DNA from: a virus | Taxonomy: Duplodnaviria > Caudoviricetes | DNA length: 39,385 nt | Reading direction: 5' to 3' (one strand) | Virus record (IMG/VR): IMGVR_UViG_3300012987_000003 | Coordinates: 1 to 39,385 of that record | Shown here: one piece after another, positions 16,692-24,676 of the stretch | Layout of the letters: every line of letters begins with the position of its first letter | How positions within the stretch are numbered: the first letter of the stretch is position 1 | Made by a program: the position numbers and the translations under genes | The notes under the pieces: model-generated | Databases searched by the model: none | Told to the model about the DNA's origin: nothing | What the model saw: only the letters and a program-made list of their open reading frames with translations

Positions 16692-17777
16692 ATGGAAGTA
16701 ACTGGTGTATTATCGACAAATCTACTCGCTGAATTAGGCCACCTTTCCCGCATTGACGGAATGGCGGCTTTTGCCGGTACGGATGGACTTGGGCGGGAAT
16801 TTACAGTCCTAGAAGATGAATTACCCGTTTACATCGCCAACACTCAGCGCGTCCTGAACAGTACAAAAGACACAGGCGGCGAAATCGTGGGCCTGCCCAT
16901 TGACATGGGCGAGCACGATTGGAACGGCGGCGCTGGCTGGATTGTTGGGCTGGAGCTCGACGCACCACGCAAGATCATCATCTTCGCGGTCAACTGGACA
17001 GAAGATGGAGTCGAGTGTATCGCCGGTAACATGATGCGATTCTTTAGCCCGGCATTTGACACAGAGAAAAAGATCATCATGGGCGGGGCGTTGCTCAATC
17101 AGCCTGGCTCACGAAATGCAAAGGGGCAGTATCTATTACGCCCCGTAGAATTATCAAAATCAATGAGCACTATTCAAAAGGAGAAAGACATGACTGTCGA
17201 AACGTCACAAGATACAAAGCCCGCTTGGGCTGTGGCGCTTGAAACGGCTATCTCTGAATTGTCGGCGCGTTTCGCTCCCAAGAAACCCGACCACAAGCAA
17301 GAGCCAACCGCTGAAAGCATCCGAGAATTGATGCAAAGCGACGCCGCCGTTGTCGAAATGGCGCGTATTGCCAACGAGCGCGTTGCCAACCAGGTTGCCA
17401 TTTACGAGCGCCAGCAGCACGTCATCAAGCTGGCGTCCGATATGGTCGGCGGAACTCCGTCTCGTCCGTTTGGCTTGGCTGGCATTCGCGCAGAGGAAAT
17501 CGTTGAGCTGCTTATGGGCGTGCCGATGGCACAGTCATTAGCGTTCGAGAAAGTAATCTGTAAGCTGATGGACGCGAGCGCCATTATCAACTTTGCAGAA
17601 CTGGGCAGCGCCGGGACTGGCTACGCAAAGAAACCCCGCGTGCCTGCTGAATATCGCAGCGCAATCCACGAATGGGTGAATGCAGGCAAGCAACTGAGTG
17701 CCTGGTTTACTCAGGTCATGCCAGAAGTTGGCAAGGCCGAAGATTTCAACCTGACAGAATTTGTCAAGGAGGCCTAA
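16692..17777 (+). CDS. Head maturation protease/scaffold (Mu gpI-like)
   Basis: LPIDMGEH, AGWI, VNWT, RFFSPAF, ALLNQP motifs; internal AAGGAG-ATG (MTVETS) suggests a nested scaffold start. Confidence 0.85.
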   Translation: MEVTGVLSTNLLAELGHLSRIDGMAAFAGTDGLGREFTVLEDELPVYIANTQRVLNSTKDTGGEIVGLPIDMGEHDWNGGAGWIVGLELDAPRKIIIFAVNWTEDGVECIAGNMMRFFSPAFDTEKKIIMGGALLNQPGSRNAKGQYLLRPVELSKSMSTIQKEKDMTVETSQDTKPAWAVALETAISELSARFAPKKPDHKQEPTAESIRELMQSDAAVVEMARIANERVANQVAIYERQQHVIKLASDMVGGTPSRPFGLAGIRAEEIVELLMGVPMAQSLAFEKVICKLMDASAIINFAELGSAGTGYAKKPRVPAEYRSAIHEWVNAGKQLSAWFTQVMPEVGKAEDFNLTEFVKEA

Positions 17778-17780
17778 CCC

Positions 17781-18230
17781 ATGACCGCGCTTTCAGCAGA
17801 TGCCCCACTTCGCCGCATTGGTGAAGATCAGTTTGAAAAATTTTTCCTCGATACGTCTGGCTCTTACACGATTTATAAGGGTGGCGGCGTCATCATTGAC
17901 CAATCCGTTGACACTCTTCTGGCCCACACAGCCGAAGGTGTCACCTGTGTAGACGGTGATGTGTTTCTCGGCATTGCAGCGGAAAAGAAATCTGTTGTTT
18001 CTGGCGACCCAGAGACTACCGAAATCATGTTGCTTGTTGAGCCTTCCATCGTCGGCTTCAAGTCTACCGTTTTCACCAATGCCGACCTCGGCAAACCCGT
18101 CTACATGAGCGACACCGGCACCCTGAGCGCATCAAACGGCGCTTATCCGCGCATCGGTAACTTGTTCAAGGTTCAAGACGGCTACGCCTACGTTCAATTG
18201 CGCAGCCCCTATGTTCTGGATGTTCCGTAA
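17781..18230 (+). CDS. Capsid cement/decoration protein
   Basis: IYKGG...FLGIA...DLGKPVYMSD motif between protease and MCP. Confidence 0.75.
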   Translation: MTALSADAPLRRIGEDQFEKFFLDTSGSYTIYKGGGVIIDQSVDTLLAHTAEGVTCVDGDVFLGIAAEKKSVVSGDPETTEIMLLVEPSIVGFKSTVFTNADLGKPVYMSDTGTLSASNGAYPRIGNLFKVQDGYAYVQLRSPYVLDVP

Positions 18231-18243
18231 AGGATATTAGAAA

Positions 18244-19152
18244 ATGACTATTTCAGGTAATGTCCCAGGGCACTTGGTAGCTATGGCAAAAACGGGCTTT
18301 CTTACAGCCCCAAGAAAAGCAGTAGCGGCATGGACTCCTATTGCGAAAATGGTAACGATTGACCTGCGCAATCAAACGCTTGTCGATATTGGCGGTGCTC
18401 CTATGCCAATTCGAGAACGTGGCAAAATCGTTACCCAAGACTTCATCGAAAAGGTTTTGTCTGTCGAGGCTGTCACCTTCCCCGTCGTCGTCGGCATCTC
18501 TGGCAATGCGGTAAAAGACGACCAGACCGGCCTGCTTCTGAGCCGCGTTCGCGGCACTGGCTCGAATTATGACCGCCACATTGCGCAGCAAGCTTTCCAG
18601 GCACTAAACGACGGCGACTCTGCGACCGCTGGTATTGTCACCGCTGGTTACGATGGTTTGCCGCTGTTCTCCAACTCGCACGTTGACAAAGGCGGCGCTT
18701 ATCAAACCGCACAGGATAATCTGGACTCGCTGTCATTGACGATGACAAACTTCGAAACCGTCTTGACGAAGGCTCAGTTATTCCGCGACGACCAGGGCGA
18801 GTTTACGGATTATGCCTATGACGCCATCGTGGTTGACCCAACCAATCGCCGCGCATCATACAACATCACAGACAACAAGGAGGACGCTGGCACCGCAGAC
18901 CGCGCAGCTAATCCTTACGCCGGGAAGTTTCAGACCATCGTTTCTCCGAAGCTGGATGCAGGCGCATGGATCGTAGTTGCCACCAGCGAAGAGACAAAGC
19001 CTGTTTTGATCGTGATGCGCGAAACTCCAGGCCTCGAGTCGGCGTGGTTCGATCCGATGCAACCGGAAGGCGGCATGTATTACTTCAAGTTCTCCGGGCG
19101 CTACAATTTCTACGTAGGCGATTGGAAAACTGCCGCGATGGGTCATAGCTAG
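18244..19152 (+). CDS. Major capsid protein (Mu gpT-like)
   Basis: VKDDQTG, YDGLPLFSNSH, NPYAG, RYNFYVGDWK motifs. Confidence 0.9.
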   Translation: MTISGNVPGHLVAMAKTGFLTAPRKAVAAWTPIAKMVTIDLRNQTLVDIGGAPMPIRERGKIVTQDFIEKVLSVEAVTFPVVVGISGNAVKDDQTGLLLSRVRGTGSNYDRHIAQQAFQALNDGDSATAGIVTAGYDGLPLFSNSHVDKGGAYQTAQDNLDSLSLTMTNFETVLTKAQLFRDDQGEFTDYAYDAIVVDPTNRRASYNITDNKEDAGTADRAANPYAGKFQTIVSPKLDAGAWIVVATSEETKPVLIVMRETPGLESAWFDPMQPEGGMYYFKFSGRYNFYVGDWKTAAMGHS

Positions 19153-19160
19153 GGTGCAAT

Positions 19161-19604
19161 ATGGCTAAAACTCATATCGATGAATTGGACGTAAATAACC
19201 ACGACGGGTCAACTATCGGCCTGAGTTTGGGCGGCGTGCTTGTTACTGTTACGGCGGCTGTTCTCAATCTCTTGGGCGCACGTATTCAAGAGACTTCGCA
19301 GTTAGTTGTTGCAGACGGCGCAATCACCATCAAAAGCGGCGTTGCTCGTATCGCAAAAACCGTTGCGGGTGTCGTAGCTGCTACCCTGGCCGACCCGACC
19401 GCAACCACCGACGATTACAAAATCCTGATGATCGTCAATGCGCAGACCCAAGCCAATACCGTAACGTCTGCCACGTCCTTCGGCGGCGGTGGCGGCTCGT
19501 ATGACGTAGCCACATTTACTAACGTTGTTGGCGCAACCCTGACGCTGATGGCCTATCAGGGTAAGTGGTACGTCATCGGGACAAACGCCTGCACGCTGGG
19601 CTAA
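19161..19604 (+). CDS. Putative head fibre/decoration protein
   Basis: Beta-rich with C-terminal LTLMAYQGKWYVIG; co-transcribed with MCP before the terminator. Confidence 0.55.
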   Translation: MAKTHIDELDVNNHDGSTIGLSLGGVLVTVTAAVLNLLGARIQETSQLVVADGAITIKSGVARIAKTVAGVVAATLADPTATTDDYKILMIVNAQTQANTVTSATSFGGGGGSYDVATFTNVVGATLTLMAYQGKWYVIGTNACTLG

Positions 19605-19621
19605 TCAGTAAACAGACTCAT

Positions 19622-19659
19622 AAAAAGGCGGCAAGGCTACAATGCCGCGCCGCCTTTTT
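19622..19659 (+). terminator. Intrinsic terminator after the capsid genes
   Basis: aaaaaggcggc...gccgccttttt. Confidence 0.8.
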
Positions 19660-19672
19660 CGTAGGAGTAACC

Positions 19673-19996
19673 ATGCAAGCAAGATTGAAGCAAGATTGTA
19701 AGTACCCAACGCTGCGCCTATTCTTCGGACGAGAATACAACAAAACTACTTGGCAGGAAGTGCCCGATGGATTTGAAGAGCAGGCTGCGCACAGTGAATT
19801 TCTCGATGTAAAACTCGTTGAAGATGCAGAGACGGTAGTTTATGCTGTTCACGGCGACGTTGTTATCCCTTCCATCCCAACCGATGATTTTATTGTCTTG
19901 GATACGGAAGATAATACCCCCGAAGCTACCGAAACGCCCGTAGTCACAGACGCCCCTGCCCCAACGGGGCGCAACCGTCACAGCGCAAAGAGATAA
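19673..19996 (+). CDS. Hypothetical head-region protein
   Basis: AGGAG RBS before ATG 19673. Confidence 0.7.
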   Translation: MQARLKQDCKYPTLRLFFGREYNKTTWQEVPDGFEEQAAHSEFLDVKLVEDAETVVYAVHGDVVIPSIPTDDFIVLDTEDNTPEATETPVVTDAPAPTGRNRHSAKR

Positions 19997-20003
19997 TTGA
20001 ATC

Positions 20004-20513
20004 ATGGCGATTGAAGCTGATTCTTACGGTTCCGCCGCTGGTGTCGCTGCGTATGTGCGCGGATTGGTTGGCGCAGCCGCCTTCTCGACTTTGACCGTTC
20101 CGACATTGGCGCAGGTTGAATCGTGGATTGACGAAGTTTCAGCCATCGCTAACACTGGTGCAAAGGCGGTTGGGTTTGTAGTGCCAATCACGCAGGCCGT
20201 AGCCGTAAAGTCTTTGCGCGGCCTGATTAATCAGTATGTGGCCCAACTCGCAGAACTATCTCGTGGACAAGGCCGCTTTTCATCTGAGAAACTCCAAAAC
20301 TCTAGCCTGTCCCCGCTGGGTATCATCCGCAAAGAGTTGCTTGATTTCATCTCCATGAATGCGGACGGCTGGGAGGCATTGGGCGCGTCTCGTTCTTCAT
20401 CCGAGCGCAACGAAATCGGGTTCCGTGACACAGACGAAGTGGGCGACCCAACCGCGCCGATATTCCAGCGTAAGGGTTTCGGTAATAGCTTCGAAGATTG
20501 GACGGGTCAGTAA
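20004..20513 (+). CDS. Head-tail adaptor
   Basis: SYGSAAGV...GFVVPI pattern; synteny. Confidence 0.65.
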   Translation: MAIEADSYGSAAGVAAYVRGLVGAAAFSTLTVPTLAQVESWIDEVSAIANTGAKAVGFVVPITQAVAVKSLRGLINQYVAQLAELSRGQGRFSSEKLQNSSLSPLGIIRKELLDFISMNADGWEALGASRSSSERNEIGFRDTDEVGDPTAPIFQRKGFGNSFEDWTGQ

Positions 20514-20941
20514 TGGCGTACGATGAATGCGAAAGCGCACTGGTAACAATGCTGCAAACGCTTACCGCGCAATTCCCGACAGGTGCGCAAGTGGCAACCG
20601 ATCACGCAATCCTTGATATGGGCGTCACAAATGCGGCGGTTATCATCCCTGGCGGGATTGGTACACAGCCGCAGAATGGCCCGCCCTACACGCGGACATG
20701 GGACATTTTGCTCAGGCTGTTTACCCAATTCATTGATGAACCAACCGCGCTTGCTGCATTCAAGGCGCTACGCGCAGCGGTGATACTGAAAATTGACGAA
20801 AACCCCGGTCTTGGTGGCGTCTCTGGTGTTTTGAATACGATCATTGCATCCGAGAGCGACATTTACGAATCCGGGCCGACGCCCATCTATCTTGCACAGA
20901 ATTTCAGAGTTACCGTCTATCAATACTTGGTGGTGGCATAA
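20513..20941 (+). CDS. Tail terminator/completion protein
   Basis: Size, alpha/beta pattern, synteny, TAATG coupling. Confidence 0.55.
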   Translation: MAYDECESALVTMLQTLTAQFPTGAQVATDHAILDMGVTNAAVIIPGGIGTQPQNGPPYTRTWDILLRLFTQFIDEPTALAAFKALRAAVILKIDENPGLGGVSGVLNTIIASESDIYESGPTPIYLAQNFRVTVYQYLVVA

Positions 20942-21705
20942 TGACAATACTTGACCCAAAGGCAATGCGGTTTTACGTCAACGGCTACGATGGTTCTGGC
21001 TCTGTCCCTACCCTTGGGACGTGGGGAGTTTCTTACGATACCACCCCGCAGGCGGCGCTTTCTGACGAAATCAAGAGCATCGTTCGGGGACATGGCTCCT
21101 TTCAGGCTGGCCCCATCAATACATTTCTGGCCCCCGGCGTTGCTAACGACCTACATGCACTCTTTGCCGCTGGTGATTATTTCAACATCATGGCCCTATT
21201 TGGCAGTACTGGTGGCCCCGTTGTTGGTGATCCGATTTGCGCATGGACAGCGGAGCAAGGATCGTACAATGCCACTCCTGGCGAGGGCTTCTTTGGCGCA
21301 AATATCGCCTTCCCATCCGCATCCCCACGCGGTAGCCTGGCTTATTCCGCCTGTTTAGGGGCTCTTGTCCACCCCAAGGGCGTGGAGACGGCGGCAAATA
21401 CGGCCATCACCACGCTGGACGACGCAGGAGCCGCTACGACCAACGGCGGGCTATTCGTCTACCATCTGTTTTCGAGCGACGGAACTGTAACACTCAGCCT
21501 GGATGATAGCGCAAGCAATGCGAATAATGCAGCGTTTGCGCCCCTATCTGGCGCAACATCTGGATCAATTGACGCCAGCGCTACCCCGAAATCTGGAATT
21601 ATTGCACTTTCTAATACTGCTACTATTCGCCGTTATGTCCGCTGGCAAATTGCGCTGGGCACGGCTACCACCTGTACATTCGCATGTGCCCTGATAAGGG
21701 GCTAA
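20941..21705 (+). CDS. Tail tube-like protein with C-terminal beta domain
   Basis: N-terminal half is visibly paralogous to the next gene. Confidence 0.55.
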   Translation: MTILDPKAMRFYVNGYDGSGSVPTLGTWGVSYDTTPQAALSDEIKSIVRGHGSFQAGPINTFLAPGVANDLHALFAAGDYFNIMALFGSTGGPVVGDPICAWTAEQGSYNATPGEGFFGANIAFPSASPRGSLAYSACLGALVHPKGVETAANTAITTLDDAGAATTNGGLFVYHLFSSDGTVTLSLDDSASNANNAAFAPLSGATSGSIDASATPKSGIIALSNTATIRRYVRWQIALGTATTCTFACALIRG

Positions 21706-21715
21706 AGGAGCAAGC

Positions 21716-22177
21716 ATGACCGCTAATACTGGCGTTACTCACATCAGGTTTTTGAAGTTTTACCTTGACAATTCGAGCGGGGTGTTGACCGATCTTTCTG
21801 CGTACCTGAACGCGCCCGGTACGTTCGGCTTAAAATACGAAGAAGTCAGCGTCTTGTCGATTGGGGATGCAATCAAAAGCATCGTGAAGGGCTGGCCCGA
21901 ATCGCCGCTTGTCTTACAATTCAACCCATACACACAAGCATTTGCGCACTTGACCCCACTGATTGCATCGACGTTCCATACCCCGCTCGCCTTCGATTTC
22001 CGCATCGGCATTATGCACGCATGGGAAGCGGGGGAACCGACGTATGGATTAACAGGGTCGGCGTCTAACGGTATCGAATGCACAAGCATGACGTATGACG
22101 GGAAACTTATCACCGCAAATTTCAATATGTTCGCCGGTTCCGCTGCCCCCGCTTGGGGAACTGCCGCAAACACGTAG
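21716..22177 (+). CDS. Major tail tube protein
   Basis: Strong AAGGAG RBS; 153 aa; precedes the chaperone pair. Confidence 0.7.
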   Translation: MTANTGVTHIRFLKFYLDNSSGVLTDLSAYLNAPGTFGLKYEEVSVLSIGDAIKSIVKGWPESPLVLQFNPYTQAFAHLTPLIASTFHTPLAFDFRIGIMHAWEAGEPTYGLTGSASNGIECTSMTYDGKLITANFNMFAGSAAPAWGTAANT

Positions 22178-22184
22178 GAATGAT

Positions 22185-22610
22185 ATGAGAGTAGACTCGA
22201 CTTTCCCCGATTTTCCCGGCTACGTGATTGTTCCAGATCAATTCACTTGGCCCCAATTACTCGCTTTTGGTAAGGCCGTAGCTGCCAATCAGACAAACTT
22301 TATCAAACCGTCTATCTCGCACCTTGAAATGTGCGAGAATAGCATTTTTGCCATCAATGCAATTGTTGATTGGCACATCGAAGGACTGCCACAGAATCCA
22401 GAGAAGCCAGCGCAGGCCGATATTTTTATCGGAAAGCCGACAAAACAAGCCAGCGCATTTTTTATGCTGGTATACAACTCCGTTTTACATGTCTGGAATC
22501 AGGAAAAAGAAGTCCCAAAAGCGTCATCGTCGGAGCTTACAAATACGCTTCCGACCCAAAAGCCAAAGACGAAAACGGCAAAGAAAAGAATCCCCGCCCC
22601 GACGAATTGA
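22185..22610 (+). CDS. Tail assembly chaperone (G-like)
   Basis: Between tube and tape measure; contains a slippery heptamer. Confidence 0.75.
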   Translation: MRVDSTFPDFPGYVIVPDQFTWPQLLAFGKAVAANQTNFIKPSISHLEMCENSIFAINAIVDWHIEGLPQNPEKPAQADIFIGKPTKQASAFFMLVYNSVLHVWNQEKEVPKASSSELTNTLPTQKPKTKTAKKRIPAPTN

Positions 22611-22822
22611 TTTTGCTTGAAGCCATAGACCGATTCGGCGTCATGGCGATTATGGGCAGGCCGGTGTTGTACGCTGGCGAAGCTCGCACCTTGCAGACCG
22701 CAGAGAACATCGTGAATGGATACAACAATATGAAAAACTCCACCAATCGGGCCGAGTGGATGGAGAATAATCCCGTTTTGGCTGCAATATTTTACAACTT
22801 GGAATTGCTAGATGCCGGATGA
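22514..22822 (+). CDS. Tail assembly chaperone -1 frameshift extension (GT-like)
   Basis: C CCA AAA at 22514-22520 is in register; the -1 frame is open to 22822 and overlaps the tape measure start. Confidence 0.75.
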   Translation, partial: PKSVIVGAYKYASDPKAKDENGKEKNPRPDELILLEAIDRFGVMAIMGRPVLYAGEARTLQTAENIVNGYNNMKNSTNRAEWMENNPVLAAIFYNLELLDAG

Positions 22823-24674
22823 TGTTGAGTTTTCCGTAAGAACAATCGACGAAACCAGCCAGCCGACAAATGCAATGGCCGGCAGTTACGACGCGCTTAT
22901 TTCCAAACTAACAGAACTAAACCAGTCGGCAGATGTTACAAATCAATACTTGGGGTCACTTACTGAAAGCACGAAAGAGACAACGCAGACCAATGAAGAA
23001 GCGGGTTTGTCGTTTTCAGAAATAAATCAGGGGTTGGAAGTCGTCACAAAAGCCCTTGGTTACGCAAAGCAAGCCTATGATGAAACAATCGGCGTCTCTC
23101 AGCAGTACGCACAAACCATTCGTGACTTGAGCCAGATTTCGGGCGAGTCCGCCGAAAGTACCAGCCGCTTTGTGCAGGTGCTGGACGACTGGCAAGTGTC
23201 GTCCGAAGACGCCATGGCGGCGACAAAGGCGCTGACAAAGCAGGGCCTTGCTCCGAACATCGACACGCTGGCGAATCTATCCGAAAAGTACCTGTCTCTT
23301 TCGAGTGTTGAAGATCAAAACGCATTTGTGACAAAAAACTTGGGCCGCGCTGGGCTGGAGTGGATCAACGTTTTGAAGCAAGGCCCGGACGCACTACGAG
23401 CGCAGGCTGCGGCTGTCAGCGCAAATCTCATCCTGAACGACAAGCAACTCCAGCAAGCCGAGAAACTACGGCAAGCCGAAGATCAACTTCACGATACGCT
23501 CGAAGGTTTGAAGATTACAGTCGGCACTGGACTTACTCCCACGTTTACCGCATGGGTTGCGACGATTGATAAGATTATTAATAACACTGGAAACGCTCGG
23601 GACGTATTGGTTTCATTCCTGAATCCAATTGAAGGATTAATACGTCTTACTAGATTGTACGGTGACACATATAACGAACTTGCTGCTACAGAAGGCGCAA
23701 CAACCAAGGCGCACGAAGACCAGAAGAAGTCCCTTGCCGACTTGGAAGCCGAGCAGAAAGCCGCAGACGAACAGGCTAAGGCGCTTAGTGAAACATACAC
23801 AAGCCTGCTCTCTATCTCCATGTCGTTGCAGGGTCAGCAAGATAGTTACGCTCAGGGCATTGAAGACCTGCGGGCAAAGCAGGCCGACCTGCAAGGGCAA
23901 ATAGAAGATGCGACGGTAAAATTCGGCGCAAACTCCGAGCAAGTGCAAGCGCTGGGCGACAAGTACAACGACTTGGGCGGCAAAATTCAAGACTTAGCCG
24001 AAGCGAACAGCAAGGCTATGGCGAAGTTTGCCTACGATAACTTGATTGCAAAACTGTCTGTAGATGGCTTGACAAGCTCTGATTTTGCCACCGCGCAGCA
24101 GGTCGGCGTTACGCTCGGTCTGTACACACAGGCGACGGCAAATAAGGCTATTGCGCTCGACAAGCTCACGTCCGCCCTGGCTGCGCAGCAAATCACTGTC
24201 CAGCAGTTCGACCAGGCCGTGCAGGATGGTACCTACACCACCGCCGACGCAAACGCGAATGCGCAGAAGTCATTCGACGAATACGGCACCACCGTTACCG
24301 ACGCATCTGGCGGTATGCAGGGAAGCATCAAGGACTTGACCGAGACCACCGCTTCGGCATCTGGCGCAGTAACGCAATCAAATACCACGGCGATTCTATC
24401 GTGGGATGCAACAAAGACACTTATCAGCGGGGACATAAACTCACTGATTGCGAAGATACAAGAATACATCGATACGCTTGGTAAAATCCCGCCTGCCGTC
24501 ACGACGAAAGTGGGAACAGATACGGGTGGTGTTGGCGCAGGGGCTGGCGGTGCTTCTGCGCAAGGCGGCCTGCCGAACTACCCAGACGCCGCTGGCACAG
24601 GTGGCGCTACGATTATCTACAACATCACAACGGCTTATATCAGCGCCGATCACGAATTGTCCATCTACGGCTAA
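22812..24674 (+). CDS. Tape measure protein
   Basis: 620 aa, Ala/Gln-rich helical, follows the chaperones. Confidence 0.85.
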   Translation: MPDDVEFSVRTIDETSQPTNAMAGSYDALISKLTELNQSADVTNQYLGSLTESTKETTQTNEEAGLSFSEINQGLEVVTKALGYAKQAYDETIGVSQQYAQTIRDLSQISGESAESTSRFVQVLDDWQVSSEDAMAATKALTKQGLAPNIDTLANLSEKYLSLSSVEDQNAFVTKNLGRAGLEWINVLKQGPDALRAQAAAVSANLILNDKQLQQAEKLRQAEDQLHDTLEGLKITVGTGLTPTFTAWVATIDKIINNTGNARDVLVSFLNPIEGLIRLTRLYGDTYNELAATEGATTKAHEDQKKSLADLEAEQKAADEQAKALSETYTSLLSISMSLQGQQDSYAQGIEDLRAKQADLQGQIEDATVKFGANSEQVQALGDKYNDLGGKIQDLAEANSKAMAKFAYDNLIAKLSVDGLTSSDFATAQQVGVTLGLYTQATANKAIALDKLTSALAAQQITVQQFDQAVQDGTYTTADANANAQKSFDEYGTTVTDASGGMQGSIKDLTETTASASGAVTQSNTTAILSWDATKTLISGDINSLIAKIQEYIDTLGKIPPAVTTKVGTDTGGVGAGAGGASAQGGLPNYPDAAGTGGATIIYNITTAYISADHELSIYG

Positions 24675-24676
24675 AA

